Shown here piece by piece: positions 50,905-62,399 of a DNA stretch of 64,000 bases. Within the stretch, counting starts at the first letter, position 1, and every line of letters starts with the position of its first letter. The stretch spans positions 7,688,001-7,752,000 of the forward strand of contig NC_047079.1 in NCBI RefSeq assembly GCF_902459465.1, read 5' to 3'. The translations under genes and the position numbers were made by a program. Under the pieces are notes generated by a model. It did no database searches and was not told the origin of the DNA. It saw only the letters and a program-made list of their open reading frames with translations. This DNA comes from Asterias rubens. Taxonomy: Eukaryota.

Positions 50905-51441
50905 TCAAGAACCTGATGGATGCACTTTGTTATCCTCTCCACTGAATCCAAATGAACGCCCTTCACGACTCTGGAAGATGCTACTTGGTCGCTCTCGATT
51001 CTGCATCATAGTATTCCCATCCTGTTCACCAACCTTCTTAAAGATGATAGCGTAAATCTTAGGAATGTATACACACCCCAGTGTAACATAGCCATTAACA
51101 AGAAGAACCAGGCTAACTGATGTTACTACAATAATGGCTGTCCCACCAGTCAAGTACATTGGCAAGGCGGCTAGGATGAACAACAGGGTGGTATAGACGC
51201 TGGCCACGTAGAACCGAGCCTCGTTGAAGTTACCAGGGACTTTACGGGCTTTGTAAGCGAAGAAGCAACAAGCAAGGAGCAGTAAGAAGTTGTAACCCAT
51301 TGAGACGACGAAACCAAACCCAAGATTGCAGACAACTTCAACGGATCTCCTGTAAATGTTTGAAGATGGACTTGGAAACAGCTCCCGCACGGTGGACCAT
51401 GTGCCTGGGATCGATAGGGCGGTGATGAACATCAGAACCGG
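50905..51441 (-). CDS. Class C GPCR C, terminal coding exon
   Basis: Acceptor tcttttcag|CCG; KARKVPGNFNEARF; ends DNKVHPSGS*. Confidence 0.9.
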   Translation of the reverse strand, partial: PVLMFITALSIPGTWSTVRELFPSPSSNIYRRSVEVVCNLGFGFVVSMGYNFLLLLACCFFAYKARKVPGNFNEARFYVASVYTTLLFILAALPMYLTGGTAIIVVTSVSLVLLVNGYVTLGCVYIPKIYAIIFKKVGEQDGNTMMQNRERPSSIFQSREGRSFGFSGEDNKVHPSGS

Positions 51442-52042
51442 CTGAAAAGAGACAAGTAGAATTTGAAACTTTTGATGCATGGTGGGTGTACAATATTAAG
51501 GTAAAAGGTTTGCGGTGACACCAACGGGTGCATTTTAGCGGTCGTAACCCACAACTGTTTCGGTTTTCGTTACGTAACATAATTTTAACATGATAATGTG
51601 GGGAATACTCCTGAAGACAAACGAGAATAATAATCGAAACGTTGAGTTGTCAGTCCACCGGTTCTTATCGGAACCCCATTTACGAAAAGACAATGTGTGC
51701 AAAAGAAAATGGTTTCAAACCTCACTTGAAAAGAGACAAGTGACAGGGAAACAATGTCGTCTTACGACGACATTGAAACTGATGTGCTTAAATTTAGCTT
51801 TATTGTGACTACCTTCTTTTCAATGGCTATTATTTTTAGGGACAGTATTCAATTGTTGCAAACTGATATGACATGTGGTACAAATGTATTGACCCTATTG
51901 GAGTCTTCTAAAGCCTTTGATAAAGACATTTGAGAATTTTACTTTGCGAGTTTACGAAATGATGCCTTCTGCAGACACGAGTTGTACGCCTCTGCGTTTT
52001 GTTGTGATTTGAGGTAGGCCTAATACAATACTTCAATCTTAC

Positions 52043-54094
52043 CTGAATGCTAACTAACACTGCGACAATCACCAACTGGGCTGTAGGTCCCGTGTACCGT
52101 GGTCGTTTGACGGTCTTACTGCTACTCTCAAAGATCCTGTAGATGCGATTGACTTTAAGGAGTAGAGGGGCGTACATGAGGGTGAATGAGAGGGCGTACA
52201 TGCTCTGAGCGACCCCACATATACCGGCAGTAGGTGGCAGGAGTAGAGGAAACACCGAAACAAAAGCTAGAATCAATCCAAAGATGTTGACTGCACTGAG
52301 CTCTCGACTGCTAGCTTTGATCAGAGCATGGTTCCGGTACCTGATCAAACCACATGAGGTCACTATAGAAAGTAGCAACCCTAGAGATGTCATGAAGCTT
52401 AGGAACACGACTGCAGGGTCATGCCATGTGACCGTACGTCCAATGAGTTTCTCGCACATGGTGAAGTTAATGTTGGGCCATTCATTCTGTTCACAGCTCA
52501 CGCATTCTGTTCCAACCACGATATCATCAACTCTACATGCTTGACACTTCCAGCAGCATCTCTTTGTGGAATCAATCACCTCAATATAACCAGGATTACA
52601 CTCGTCTCGACACACGGATATCGGCACATCTCCCGTACCGCCAGCCCATTGCAATAAACTTGAATTAATCTCCAGTTGCTCCCAGTAAGGCTTTGTTGAA
52701 CTCCACGTTCCAACTTCAACCAATTCTAAATTTCCCTCATTGCTTCTCTGCAAGTTCTTCACTATAACCTGAGCAGGAACAAAGTCATGCTCGAAGTAAA
52801 ACTCACCCCTTGTCCCAAAGAACTCTACGGTTCGCAGATTCTCTAGGATGGATCTTTGTATATTCTTGTCTCGTAAGAGGCAGTCTGTGATCGAGCCGTT
52901 ACAACTCAGAGCCAAGATAGTGTCATCCAGAGCATAAGCTAAAGCTAAGACGGCGTCGATCGTAGGAGCTAGAGTTGGCAGCTCTTTGCTGAATCCCTCC
53001 TGGCTAGCTTCATGACAGATGTCAGATCCTCCACAGAACTCATAAAACCAGGGGTTTATATTGTTCGTCTCGTTGCCTTCCAACAAAGACCGAAAGTATT
53101 CCTCGAATTCCATAATCTCAGGTTTCCTGAACTGTATGAAGAGCCCACCAAGCGCTTCGGCGTTACCGATTAGTTCTTTCTCCCAGGTGTCGCTGGACAG
53201 CCAGGTTCGTTCCAATGGTGGGTAAGCGCTCTGAACAGACGACATTACGGCACTAAAAGCTGATGCAGACGACACTAAAACGACGACTAGTTTGGCGTGA
53301 GGATGGGTCTGAAGCATTGCTACCATTTGTTGTAGTTCATCTTCAGTTGGATCTTCACTGAGCTCTGCTTCTGCATATAAGCAGATACCAAACACTTCAA
53401 GAAGGTTTACGATATCTTCTTCTAGATGATGAATTTCGTGATCATCGGAAAATATCATCGCTATATACTCCCATTCAAAGTACAATAATATGTCAATAAT
53501 GGCACTAGCTTTGTAGCTATCTGATGGGATGGTACCGAAGAAGTACGGGTGGCCATGCTCACCGTGGAGCTCCTGATCAGTGGCGCCGTACGAGACCAAC
53601 GGTCGCTGGAACAGTTGAGCTGTGTTGATTGCCACTTCGGTTGTATAAGTCTCTCCAGTGCCTACTATTCCAATTACACGCTTAATATCTCCCCCAATAG
53701 TGGGTCCAGGGATGATACAGGAATCACCCTCTAGAGATGGCTGGGCCCCTAGAACCAGAGACAGCGAGCCCCAGGTTGAATATTCCGGCCATGAGCAGTC
53801 GTCATGAATGATAAACCCTAGAGTTACGTTTGGAAGTACAGAGTCATCTTGGTTGATAGTCATCACAGCAAACGCCATGGCTTCGGTTAACTGTAAGGCT
53901 GAGACCGGGTACAGTCCTTCGCAATCCTCCTTTGAATATTCCCCGTCTGCACCGCCATGCAGGGAAAATATCCCACCAAGATAAATGTCTCCAGGTTGGA
54001 CATAACTCGTGCAAACCTCAGCCGGTATATATGTACCCATGCAGCTAACACTTTGCATCAGCACCAATGTTATTATTACACAGTGCACATACAT
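52043..54094 (-). CDS. Class C GPCR C, large first coding exon; about 862 aa in total
   Basis: Signal peptide, VFT, full 9-Cys domain, TM1-4; donor CAG|gtaaga at 52042; 601-bp intron. Confidence 0.92.
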
Positions 54095-55340
54095 CTTTAC
54101 TCACTCCAGATGTAAAAACATCAGTACGTAGCTTGTATCAATAAGTGCTTATATGCAGCATTTAAAAATGACAACTGCTGTTCTCTTCGTCTTCAAGAAA
54201 TATGAAGAAGTAAACAATGCTAGCGGTTTTCCCCAATTTACGGCTTTGTTGTGACGTATAGACGTGGCCGACCTTAAAGTCAGTGTGTTTTTAAATTGAA
54301 GTGGTTCAGATAGTTTTCAGATCAATGGTTTCGTTTGATAAGTCGGTATTTTTAGCCTTCGTATGAACACGTTTTCTCGACCAATGAGAATTTAGATCAA
54401 TTGGATGTCAGGAGGAGTTTTTCATTAAGATGGATTCTCGACCTGTTTTAATTTGCGTAAATGACTTTAAGAGGAAATATAGAAACTGATGGCCCGTTCT
54501 AAAGATTGCCCTTGAGAAAACTTCATTAATTAATTTTCCGCTCGAGAAATTTAATTGATGTTTCCTCCTTGTACGATTATATTGAGTTTAACTATTTTAT
54601 TGATTAGAAGCTAGCTTACTAACAATGAGGATGACGTATTAGAAAAAGATGGTTTATGAAAATGCAATCGGCCGACAAAATTTCGCTTTTAAACAAATTT
54701 CATACAATATATGAAAAATGCAAACATTTCCGGAAAAACAAATATAAGAAAAAATTACAAAAAACACCAACAGTAATAAATAAAGAAAGAAATTAACAGC
54801 AATTCTGTTTTTAGATAACAACTAATAACAGTGTGTTCGTGAATAAGGAAGAGAGCATACAGGAGATTAACTGCGAACTGTGTACGATCTTCTCTGATAG
54901 CGCCCTCTTTTGAATCATTTTCCTTCAGCCTATATTATTTTCCCATCTATAATGGGGTACAGAATCTCTGGGGCAGATTTACACCGTTATTATTTTGCAT
55001 ATAGGAAATGAAACGATGATAAATTCCAAAAAATGTATCAATAGAGGGCGCCACTCTTGATACACGTTGACAACGATCCCTTCCTCAGCTAATTGAGACG
55101 ATCACATTTTTATTAATAAACACTTTATAATTTAAGACAAGAGGTCAGTTTCGTATACACAAGTTAGTATAATTTCTATCGTATGCACTTTCAACAATGT
55201 TTTTGTAAAACTGTTCAAAAATCTCCTACACATATACAGGTGCTTTGACCTCCTTCGTGAGCTTTGAGCTGTGTATTTCAATAGTTTTTTTTTCAGTTGC
55301 ATGAATGCCCTGTAAGAAGACAGTTCAGTTGAGTTCTTTC

Positions 55341-56072
55341 TCACAGATCGAAGAAGTAGCACTTATCTCTTGCATTCATGTTTTCATCAGCAGCTTCATG
55401 ACGAGTTGCGTTGTTCAGCTGACAAACCATCTTCCCTGAGCCTTTTTCCATCAGCAGATTGAAGGAGCGACATCGGGGCTCTGATCGGCACGCCTTCCCG
55501 CACGACACCACACCATCAACCCGTAGCTCCGTCATGACGTGACCGACCAGACACTGGGACTCAACGCGGCCATCGGGACCGGTCTGAAGGCTAAATACTT
55601 GGCTGGTTGTGTTAACATGGTACTCGCAGGTCGCGTACTTTGTTTTAAGACCTATACATGGCTTGTTCATCCATTGGCTCATCGCATCATCGGCGATTGA
55701 CATTGCCACACAGTGACGTGCAGTTTCTTCTGGGTATCCATTTGCCTAATTTTGGTATCTTTTGGTACCAGAGAGTGGACAAGGTTGCCAATTTCCAGTT
55801 TCTTCCAAGTCATTGCAAACGATCCAGAGACCTCCTGGGAAGTCAGGGTAAAATCCACCGTACATTTCCCAAATAAACTTTTGTTCGGCGTCTGAGTTTG
55901 GAAAAGCCAGGTCTGCATGTAACTCAATGCAAATGTCTCTTGCATCTTGCCAGTTCAAACGTTTGGTTATGAGTATGTAGCATGACTCGCCGTATCGCTG
56001 CCAGTCAGTAGGGCAGATAGCAGCCATGGTTGCATAACACCCAACAAGAAACAAAACACCGGCAAGATACAT
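55341..56072 (-). pseudogene. C-type lectin + PAN/apple gene D1 with one in-frame nonsense codon (TAG at 55746-55748 in place of conserved Trp)
   Basis: Reading through the stop gives YQN*ANGYPEETARHCVAMS..QWMNKPC in frame with the PAN tail; same 732-nt length as D2. Confidence 0.85.
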
Positions 56073-57011
56073 CGTGAGCAGCCACTGACTATAAGGGCCA
56101 ATGTTTCAGAACAACACCTAGAGATATTTGCTTAGTTTCAGATGAACGTTGGCTTGTCAGACTTGACGACAGCTCTGTGGGTTAGATTGCAAATAATCAA
56201 CCTGTTCTTATAAGAACTCGCTATCAATTAATATAACTCGCCGTCACTGACTTCAAGTATTTATAATTTAAGATATCATTTTTTATAAACATCTCGTACC
56301 AACCTAAAAACCTTGCAGAGGCATTTCCTGAACATTGTAAGAAGATTAATACCAAGGCCTTCCAACGAGCTAAATTTATTGCTCAGAGATTTTCATTAAA
56401 AAGGAATTAAAATGCAGGAAAACTGTAGGCCTTCACCAACAAAAGCGCTTAAGTGAAGTTAGAGTTAATGGTTTGGATGGTGGTTCGCTACCCCTAAAGA
56501 CATTCTATGCCGTTTTCTGATCTTGTGTAAAGGAGTAACAAGTTTCCATTCTAAATCGTTACAATTGCCTCTTATTTTATTCTATACGATGGGTTATCAG
56601 TAAGCATGGATCACCGATGGCAGCAACACACAGTAAAAAACGAAACACCATGCCGTAACAACCATCACACGAAGTAACTTTACTGTAGTGGCTTTTCTTT
56701 CAGTTGGCTATTGTTTACGTTTCTTCATCTATTATTAGTGATGATTTTACAGGTTGAATACAATGATGTTTTACTGATACCACGAGCACTTTTAATTTGA
56801 TTCGATTCACCATCGACTTGCAGTTCACAGGTTCAGTACCATCACGTCCAAGCTACTGTTGTACTTACTTTTGTATTTTTATTGATGACCTAAATTAAAT
56901 GTTTTCAAAGTGTCATGCAGCAGGGGTCAATGATGCACAGTATCGACTTCATGCAAGTCCAATCACAGAGAGAATTGTCCCGTTTTTAAAGGCACCTACC
57001 AGTCAATCTCG

Positions 57012-57743
57012 CTACAGATCGAAGAAGTAGCATTTATCTCTTGCCTTCATGTTTCCATCAGCAGCTTCATGACGAGTCGCGTTGTTCAGCTGACAAACCA
57101 TCTTCCCTGAGCCTTTTTCCATCAGCAGATTGAAGGAGCGACATCGGGGCTCTGATCGGCACGCCTTCTCGCACGACACCACACCATCAGCCCGTAGCTC
57201 CTTCATGACGTGACCGACCAGACACTTGGACTCAACGCGGCCATCAGGACCGGTCTGAAGGCTAAACACCGGGATGGTTGTAGACTTGATGAGGACTTCG
57301 CACATGGCGCATAGCTCGAGAGAACATTTTCTATCTGCCCAGCGACCACCAAAACCCTTTTTCATTGCAGCACAGTTTTGTTCAGATTTATTACTCGGCT
57401 GATCATATTTCCATTTATTATAGGCGTGGTTTTCTTCCCTGAGTGAACAAGGGGTCCAAACACCCTCCTCTTCAATATCACTGCAACCAAACCAGAGGTC
57501 AAGAGGTGGTTCAACACCGAAGTAGCTCGTGAATATATCCCAGATAAACGCCTGCTCTGCTTCCGAGTTGGGCACAGTTAGTGCCCCGTGTGGTCTGCAG
57601 GTATCATTTGCATCTTGCCAGTTCATAGGTCGAGTTATGAGTAAGTAGCATGACTCGCCGTATCGCTGCCAGTCAGTAGGGCAGATAGCAGCCAGGGTTA
57701 TAAAACACCCAACAAGAAACAAGAAAACACTAGCAAGTTTCAT
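57012..57743 (-). CDS. Secreted C-type lectin + PAN/apple-domain protein D2 (243 aa)
   Basis: Signal peptide MKLASVFLF; CPTDW..CY..W.DA..C, LWFGC, QPS, C..WAD..C..MC; C-terminal CxxxCxxEPRCRSFN..CQLN. Confidence 0.9.
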   Translation of the reverse strand: MKLASVFLFLVGCFITLAAICPTDWQRYGESCYLLITRPMNWQDANDTCRPHGALTVPNSEAEQAFIWDIFTSYFGVEPPLDLWFGCSDIEEEGVWTPCSLREENHAYNKWKYDQPSNKSEQNCAAMKKGFGGRWADRKCSLELCAMCEVLIKSTTIPVFSLQTGPDGRVESKCLVGHVMKELRADGVVSCEKACRSEPRCRSFNLLMEKGSGKMVCQLNNATRHEAADGNMKARDKCYFFDL

Positions 57744-59276
57744 CTTAAGAAGATACTGTCGGTTTTCATACAAATGAAGATAACAATTCACTAGGATGGG
57801 GCAGATGTCTTTGTGGTGTGTCTGTTGTCTCGGTATAGAATAATTTTCGAGAAACACACTTTTTCTGAAGTACAGTTTTAGTGACGTTCCTTTCTATATA
57901 AGACGTTCTGCATTTGACTGGTTGTCTGACGAAGTTATTTTCCTCAGTTTTGCGATGAAAAATAAAAAGACTGCAGTAAAATCGTTTGTTACATGTAAGC
58001 CCTACATGTATACATGAACTGTAATGTGTGTCCAGTAAGATCTTTGCGGACACTTCGTTTGTCTTGTCTTTACCTCTGAGTGAATCTCTGCTTCTCCTGA
58101 TAAAAAGATGGTTGTCTTGAGATGTTTCACGAAATTCAGTCAAACGCTCTCCTGATGAATGTCAAACTGCACATAACTCAAGTTATCAACAAATGCTGAC
58201 AAACGTTTGGCAGTGAGCCATGCAGGTGGTAATAGGAAGAAATGTTATGTTAATATCTGCTAATAATATCATTAACAAGCTGGAGATGACGTCATGACCT
58301 AGTCACTTTGTTGTAGTAGAATAGCATATCGATATTTTTGCTTAATGGAAGGCACATTACATCCGTTTTTGATCTAACCATAATTATGAAGCTATTAGTT
58401 AACATTCATCAGTCGAGCTGTATGAACAACAACCTTTATTGGCTCGGTGACTCCAATACTGCCAAAATGTTGCATTTTTATTGTTGATGGGCTTACGCTT
58501 GCGAAATCCTTCAATTAAGGTTTTAATAGACCGAGAAAAGCATAATCAATGGCAGAGAAATATCAGACTAATATTGGGTTAGTTGACATTTAATATGCTA
58601 CAACCATCTTTGTGTTAGACCCTTTGTAAAAAATGTCAATAACAATGCAAATTATAGTTTCATATAAAATGGACCGCAGCCGGTTTCACAGACAGAACGA
58701 GTCACTACTCTTTTATTGCCATTCATAAAGCTTTTTTGATAAAAAACGTAAAAAAAATACAATTACAGACACTTTGACAGTTGAAAAATCGAGGTTTGAA
58801 AAAATTTTTACGCGCTGTTACTCATAGCTATGAATTGCGTTCCGCGTGATAATCTTGCGTGCCTGACACGAGGAAGCTAGCCGGTTATAAACACTGGTCA
58901 TTATCAACCGTTTAAACACCCCCACGTGACGCGTTCTCCGCCAATAAACGTAAAGAAACTGTCTGGGGTATTTATGAATATTAGTTATAGTTACTTCGTA
59001 AATATTAATGTGTTAAAAGGGTACTTTCATAATTAACACAATGTTCTGCACGGTTGCATTATCAAGGGCTTAGACAGAGTGACTGTCGGTACTGAACCGA
59101 CTACTAAGTGCCTTCTATTATTTATTTAAAAAAACCTTCGGTTGTGGTATACTGTTATGATGCACTGGTGTATTTTGGCATTCGGGATATAGCACTCAAC
59201 CATAGTGTACGCCATTTTGAATGAAGTTGATGCATCCACATTTGCAGCTCTACCAATTGAAGAAAGTCATTTCAGA

Positions 59277-60011
59277 ATGAATATCGGTGTTTTGTTGTTT
59301 CTTGTTGGGTGTAATGCAACCATGGCTGCTATCTGCCCTACTGACTGGCAGCGATACGGCGAGTCATGCTACTTACTCATAACTCAAACACTTGATTGGC
59401 AAGATGCAAGAGACATTTGCATTGAGGTACATGCAGACCTGGCTTTTCCAAACTCAGACGCCGAACAAAAGTTTATTTGGGAAATGTACGGTGGATTTTA
59501 CCCTAGCTTCCCAGGAGGTCTCTGGATCGTTTGCAATGACTTGGAAGAAACTGGAAATTGGCAACCTTGTCCACTCTCTGATAAAAATGGATACCAGCAT
59601 TGGGCAACTGGATTTCCCAAAAACATTAACAACCACTGTGTGGCAATGTCGACCGCCATTGGTTTTTTGGGTGGACAATGGGCGAACAGAAATTGTAACG
59701 GTATTTACAAAAAATACGCGACCTGCGAGTTCCATGTTAACACAACCACCCCGTTATTCTGCCTTCAGACTGGTCCCGATGGCCGCGTTGAGTCCCAGTG
59801 TCTGGTCGGTCACTTCATGAAGGAGCTACGGGCTGATGGTGTGGTGTCGTGCGGGAAGGCGTGCCTATCAGAGCCCCGATGTCGCTCCTTCAATCTGCTG
59901 ATGGAACATGGCTCAGGGAAGATGGTTTGTCAGCTGAACAACGCGACTCGTCATGAAGCTGCTGATGGAAACATGAAGGCAAGAGAAAAGTGCTACTTCT
60001 TCGATCTGTAG
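59277..60011 (+). CDS. Secreted C-type lectin + PAN/apple-domain protein D3 (244 aa)
   Basis: ttcag|aATG context; signal peptide; CTLD cysteines; PAN tail nearly identical to D1 and D2. Confidence 0.9.
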   Translation: MNIGVLLFLVGCNATMAAICPTDWQRYGESCYLLITQTLDWQDARDICIEVHADLAFPNSDAEQKFIWEMYGGFYPSFPGGLWIVCNDLEETGNWQPCPLSDKNGYQHWATGFPKNINNHCVAMSTAIGFLGGQWANRNCNGIYKKYATCEFHVNTTTPLFCLQTGPDGRVESQCLVGHFMKELRADGVVSCGKACLSEPRCRSFNLLMEHGSGKMVCQLNNATRHEAADGNMKAREKCYFFDL

Positions 60012-61403
60012 CGAGACGCGCGTCGCGTTGTCGCTTTTTATCAAACACAACAAAATGACTTTCGTTGTTACATTATAATTGAAGATTTAAGGTTTGGGTG
60101 GTTTTGTGAGAAATAATATGCGCCGTGGACAATATGGGCATTGCGAACAGTTTGGATAAACCTATGAAATGATTAATTATTGGTACTTGTTTATGTGTTT
60201 GACCCATTTGGAATAAAATTCAATATTTTCGGATGGTTTAGCAAGAAGCCGTGACCACTAATTTAATTCACTAATAGGTTTGAATGATTGATAAACTAAA
60301 CCAGCCTGGATTATGATAATCATGTGGTTATGATGTTCACACGACACACAGTCCGCATGCAGTCAACCCTCCTACTGTTTGACTAATCAATATCATCTAA
60401 TCTGGTTTTGGATTCCTACTAATTAACCAGCCTACAATAGATGTGGTGAATGCATATACACCGTACAAACCCAAACCCTGTAGTTCTTTGCGCGGCTGTC
60501 CATCATTTACAACTCATGCGTGATTTTATGGACATAATCAAAAGTATTATGCAAGATTGGTATTGCTGATAAAACTATAAGTAAATAGTACACTTGCGGG
60601 TTCAACCATGAGTAAATCTCTTGTGTGGGGTTGTTTGGCTCTGAAAAGAGCCGGTTTGGTCTCGACGTATTGCACAATACTCTGCTCGTCTTCAGGAGAA
60701 GAGTATACTGTTCGAAACGTTGAGACCAAATTAAGCTCTTTTCAGAGCCAACACTCACTCAAAAGAGATTTACACGTGGTTGTACCCGCAAGTGTACTGT
60801 ATTAACATGGCATACCTTTAAAAAGTGCTGTGAGGCAAAACTCATGCCGCACTCTCTGTTATAAATTCCTTATTGGATTATGGTTAATCACTTGTACATA
60901 TTGGTGTAATGTGGGTGTGGTTTTAGTTTACGTCATTGGAAGTATAACTATAATATGTTATTCTTTGTCAGATTACCAGGTTTTTGTTCTTGTAGGGTGT
61001 TTTTCATCTAAAAAATAATTCACTATTTTATTAATAATCAATATAATTATTTATTAATAGCCGTTATGTCGAAAAGTGTCCATAATTAGAATTAAAATGA
61101 TAAATCAGTGATAACCATACACCAATGTCACATGTGTGATTTGAATATTTCGCTAATATCACCTAATTCCGCAAAAAGTGCAAAAGGCCAACAAAGGAGA
61201 GGTGTACAACTTGTGCGATATGGGCACTTTACAAAATTTGCGTTAGTTGAAGAACAGTTCATTTTCCTTGGTAGTGAGCAACGATGATATTTAATGAAAG
61301 TCCTAGAACCTCTTTCATAAGGCCATGGAACTCCGTGGGTTTGTACTACGAAAAACCCAAAGCAAACGCTAGGTGGCGCACTTTATTGTGAACCATTGTG
61401 GTG

Positions 61404-61557
61404 ATAGACCTTATCGCAAATACCAATGCGCAAGCGCAGACTGTTGAATGAGGTGCATTGTGGGATAGGTATGGATCAAATTTGGATACCAGCTAGACCA
61501 CAATGCAACTAATTCCAAGCTCTGCGCGCGCGCCCCAGTATTTGCGATAAGGTCTAT
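61404..61557. mobile_element. 154-bp palindromic MITE
   Basis: Perfect 20-bp terminal inverted repeat atagaccttatcgcaaatac/gtatttgcgataaggtctat. Confidence 0.8.
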
Positions 61558-62399
61558 TCACGCGTGCCTTTGTGTTGTCAATAAATAAAAAAAAATTTTA
61601 ATACTAAAAAAACAAAAATATTAAAGTCTTTTATTTCCTCAAATGATAGACTAAAATGTAAATGCATCTCAACTTTTTTCTGCGAAATTATACAATCTGA
61701 TGAAATACACTTGCCTTGTTTTCGATTTTGCTCCTTTTTATTCACTTTCTTGTTTCAGAATTACATATTGCAACATCATGGTGACTTCCTGCACAATTGA
61801 AGTGTATTATTGTAACAATACTAATGTTAGTTAAAACAATCTTAGTACAAAACACACAGAGTGCACCATCTATAAAGGGAACCTCCTCTTTGAATAATTA
61901 TTACTGTCTGCGAGAAAATTCTGTGTAAACTATAGTTAACACAAACAATAAATTATTATTTTCCTTTTCTTTTTTTCTTTAGGCCCTTAGGTTGCAACAT
62001 TTTATGTGCAATTTTGTAAGTTTAATTTACAAATCTGAGATAATTCAGTTTATAATACAGTGTGAAGACCGTCAAGTACTTTATAACAATAATATATTCT
62101 ATGTACTGACTTCTATACTTGTGAGTCCGTTTTGTAATTCCAACTATAATGTTCTCTCATTTGGGAATCTCATAAAGATTATCATAATAATTATAATTAA
62201 TAGCTATAATTAAACCTATAACTATATATATTATTATATATATTATTATAGCTATTTGTATATGATTATAGCTATAATCATAATAGCTATAATTATTATA
62301 GCTGACAATAAGCGCCATGCTCACAACTCTCAGCCCAATGGTAGGACTTCAATTGACATTGTGACGTCATAATAATAAACAAGGGGTCTGAAGTTGTGT

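Noticed and set aside
31586-53734. Plus-strand ORFs overlapping the GPCR exons (and those overlapping the LINE and lectin genes)
   Set aside because: Antisense shadows of real coding sequence with no recognisable motifs.
55341-56072. Lectin D1 as two genes or a frameshifted gene
   Set aside because: Manual translation shows one continuous frame interrupted by a single TAG.
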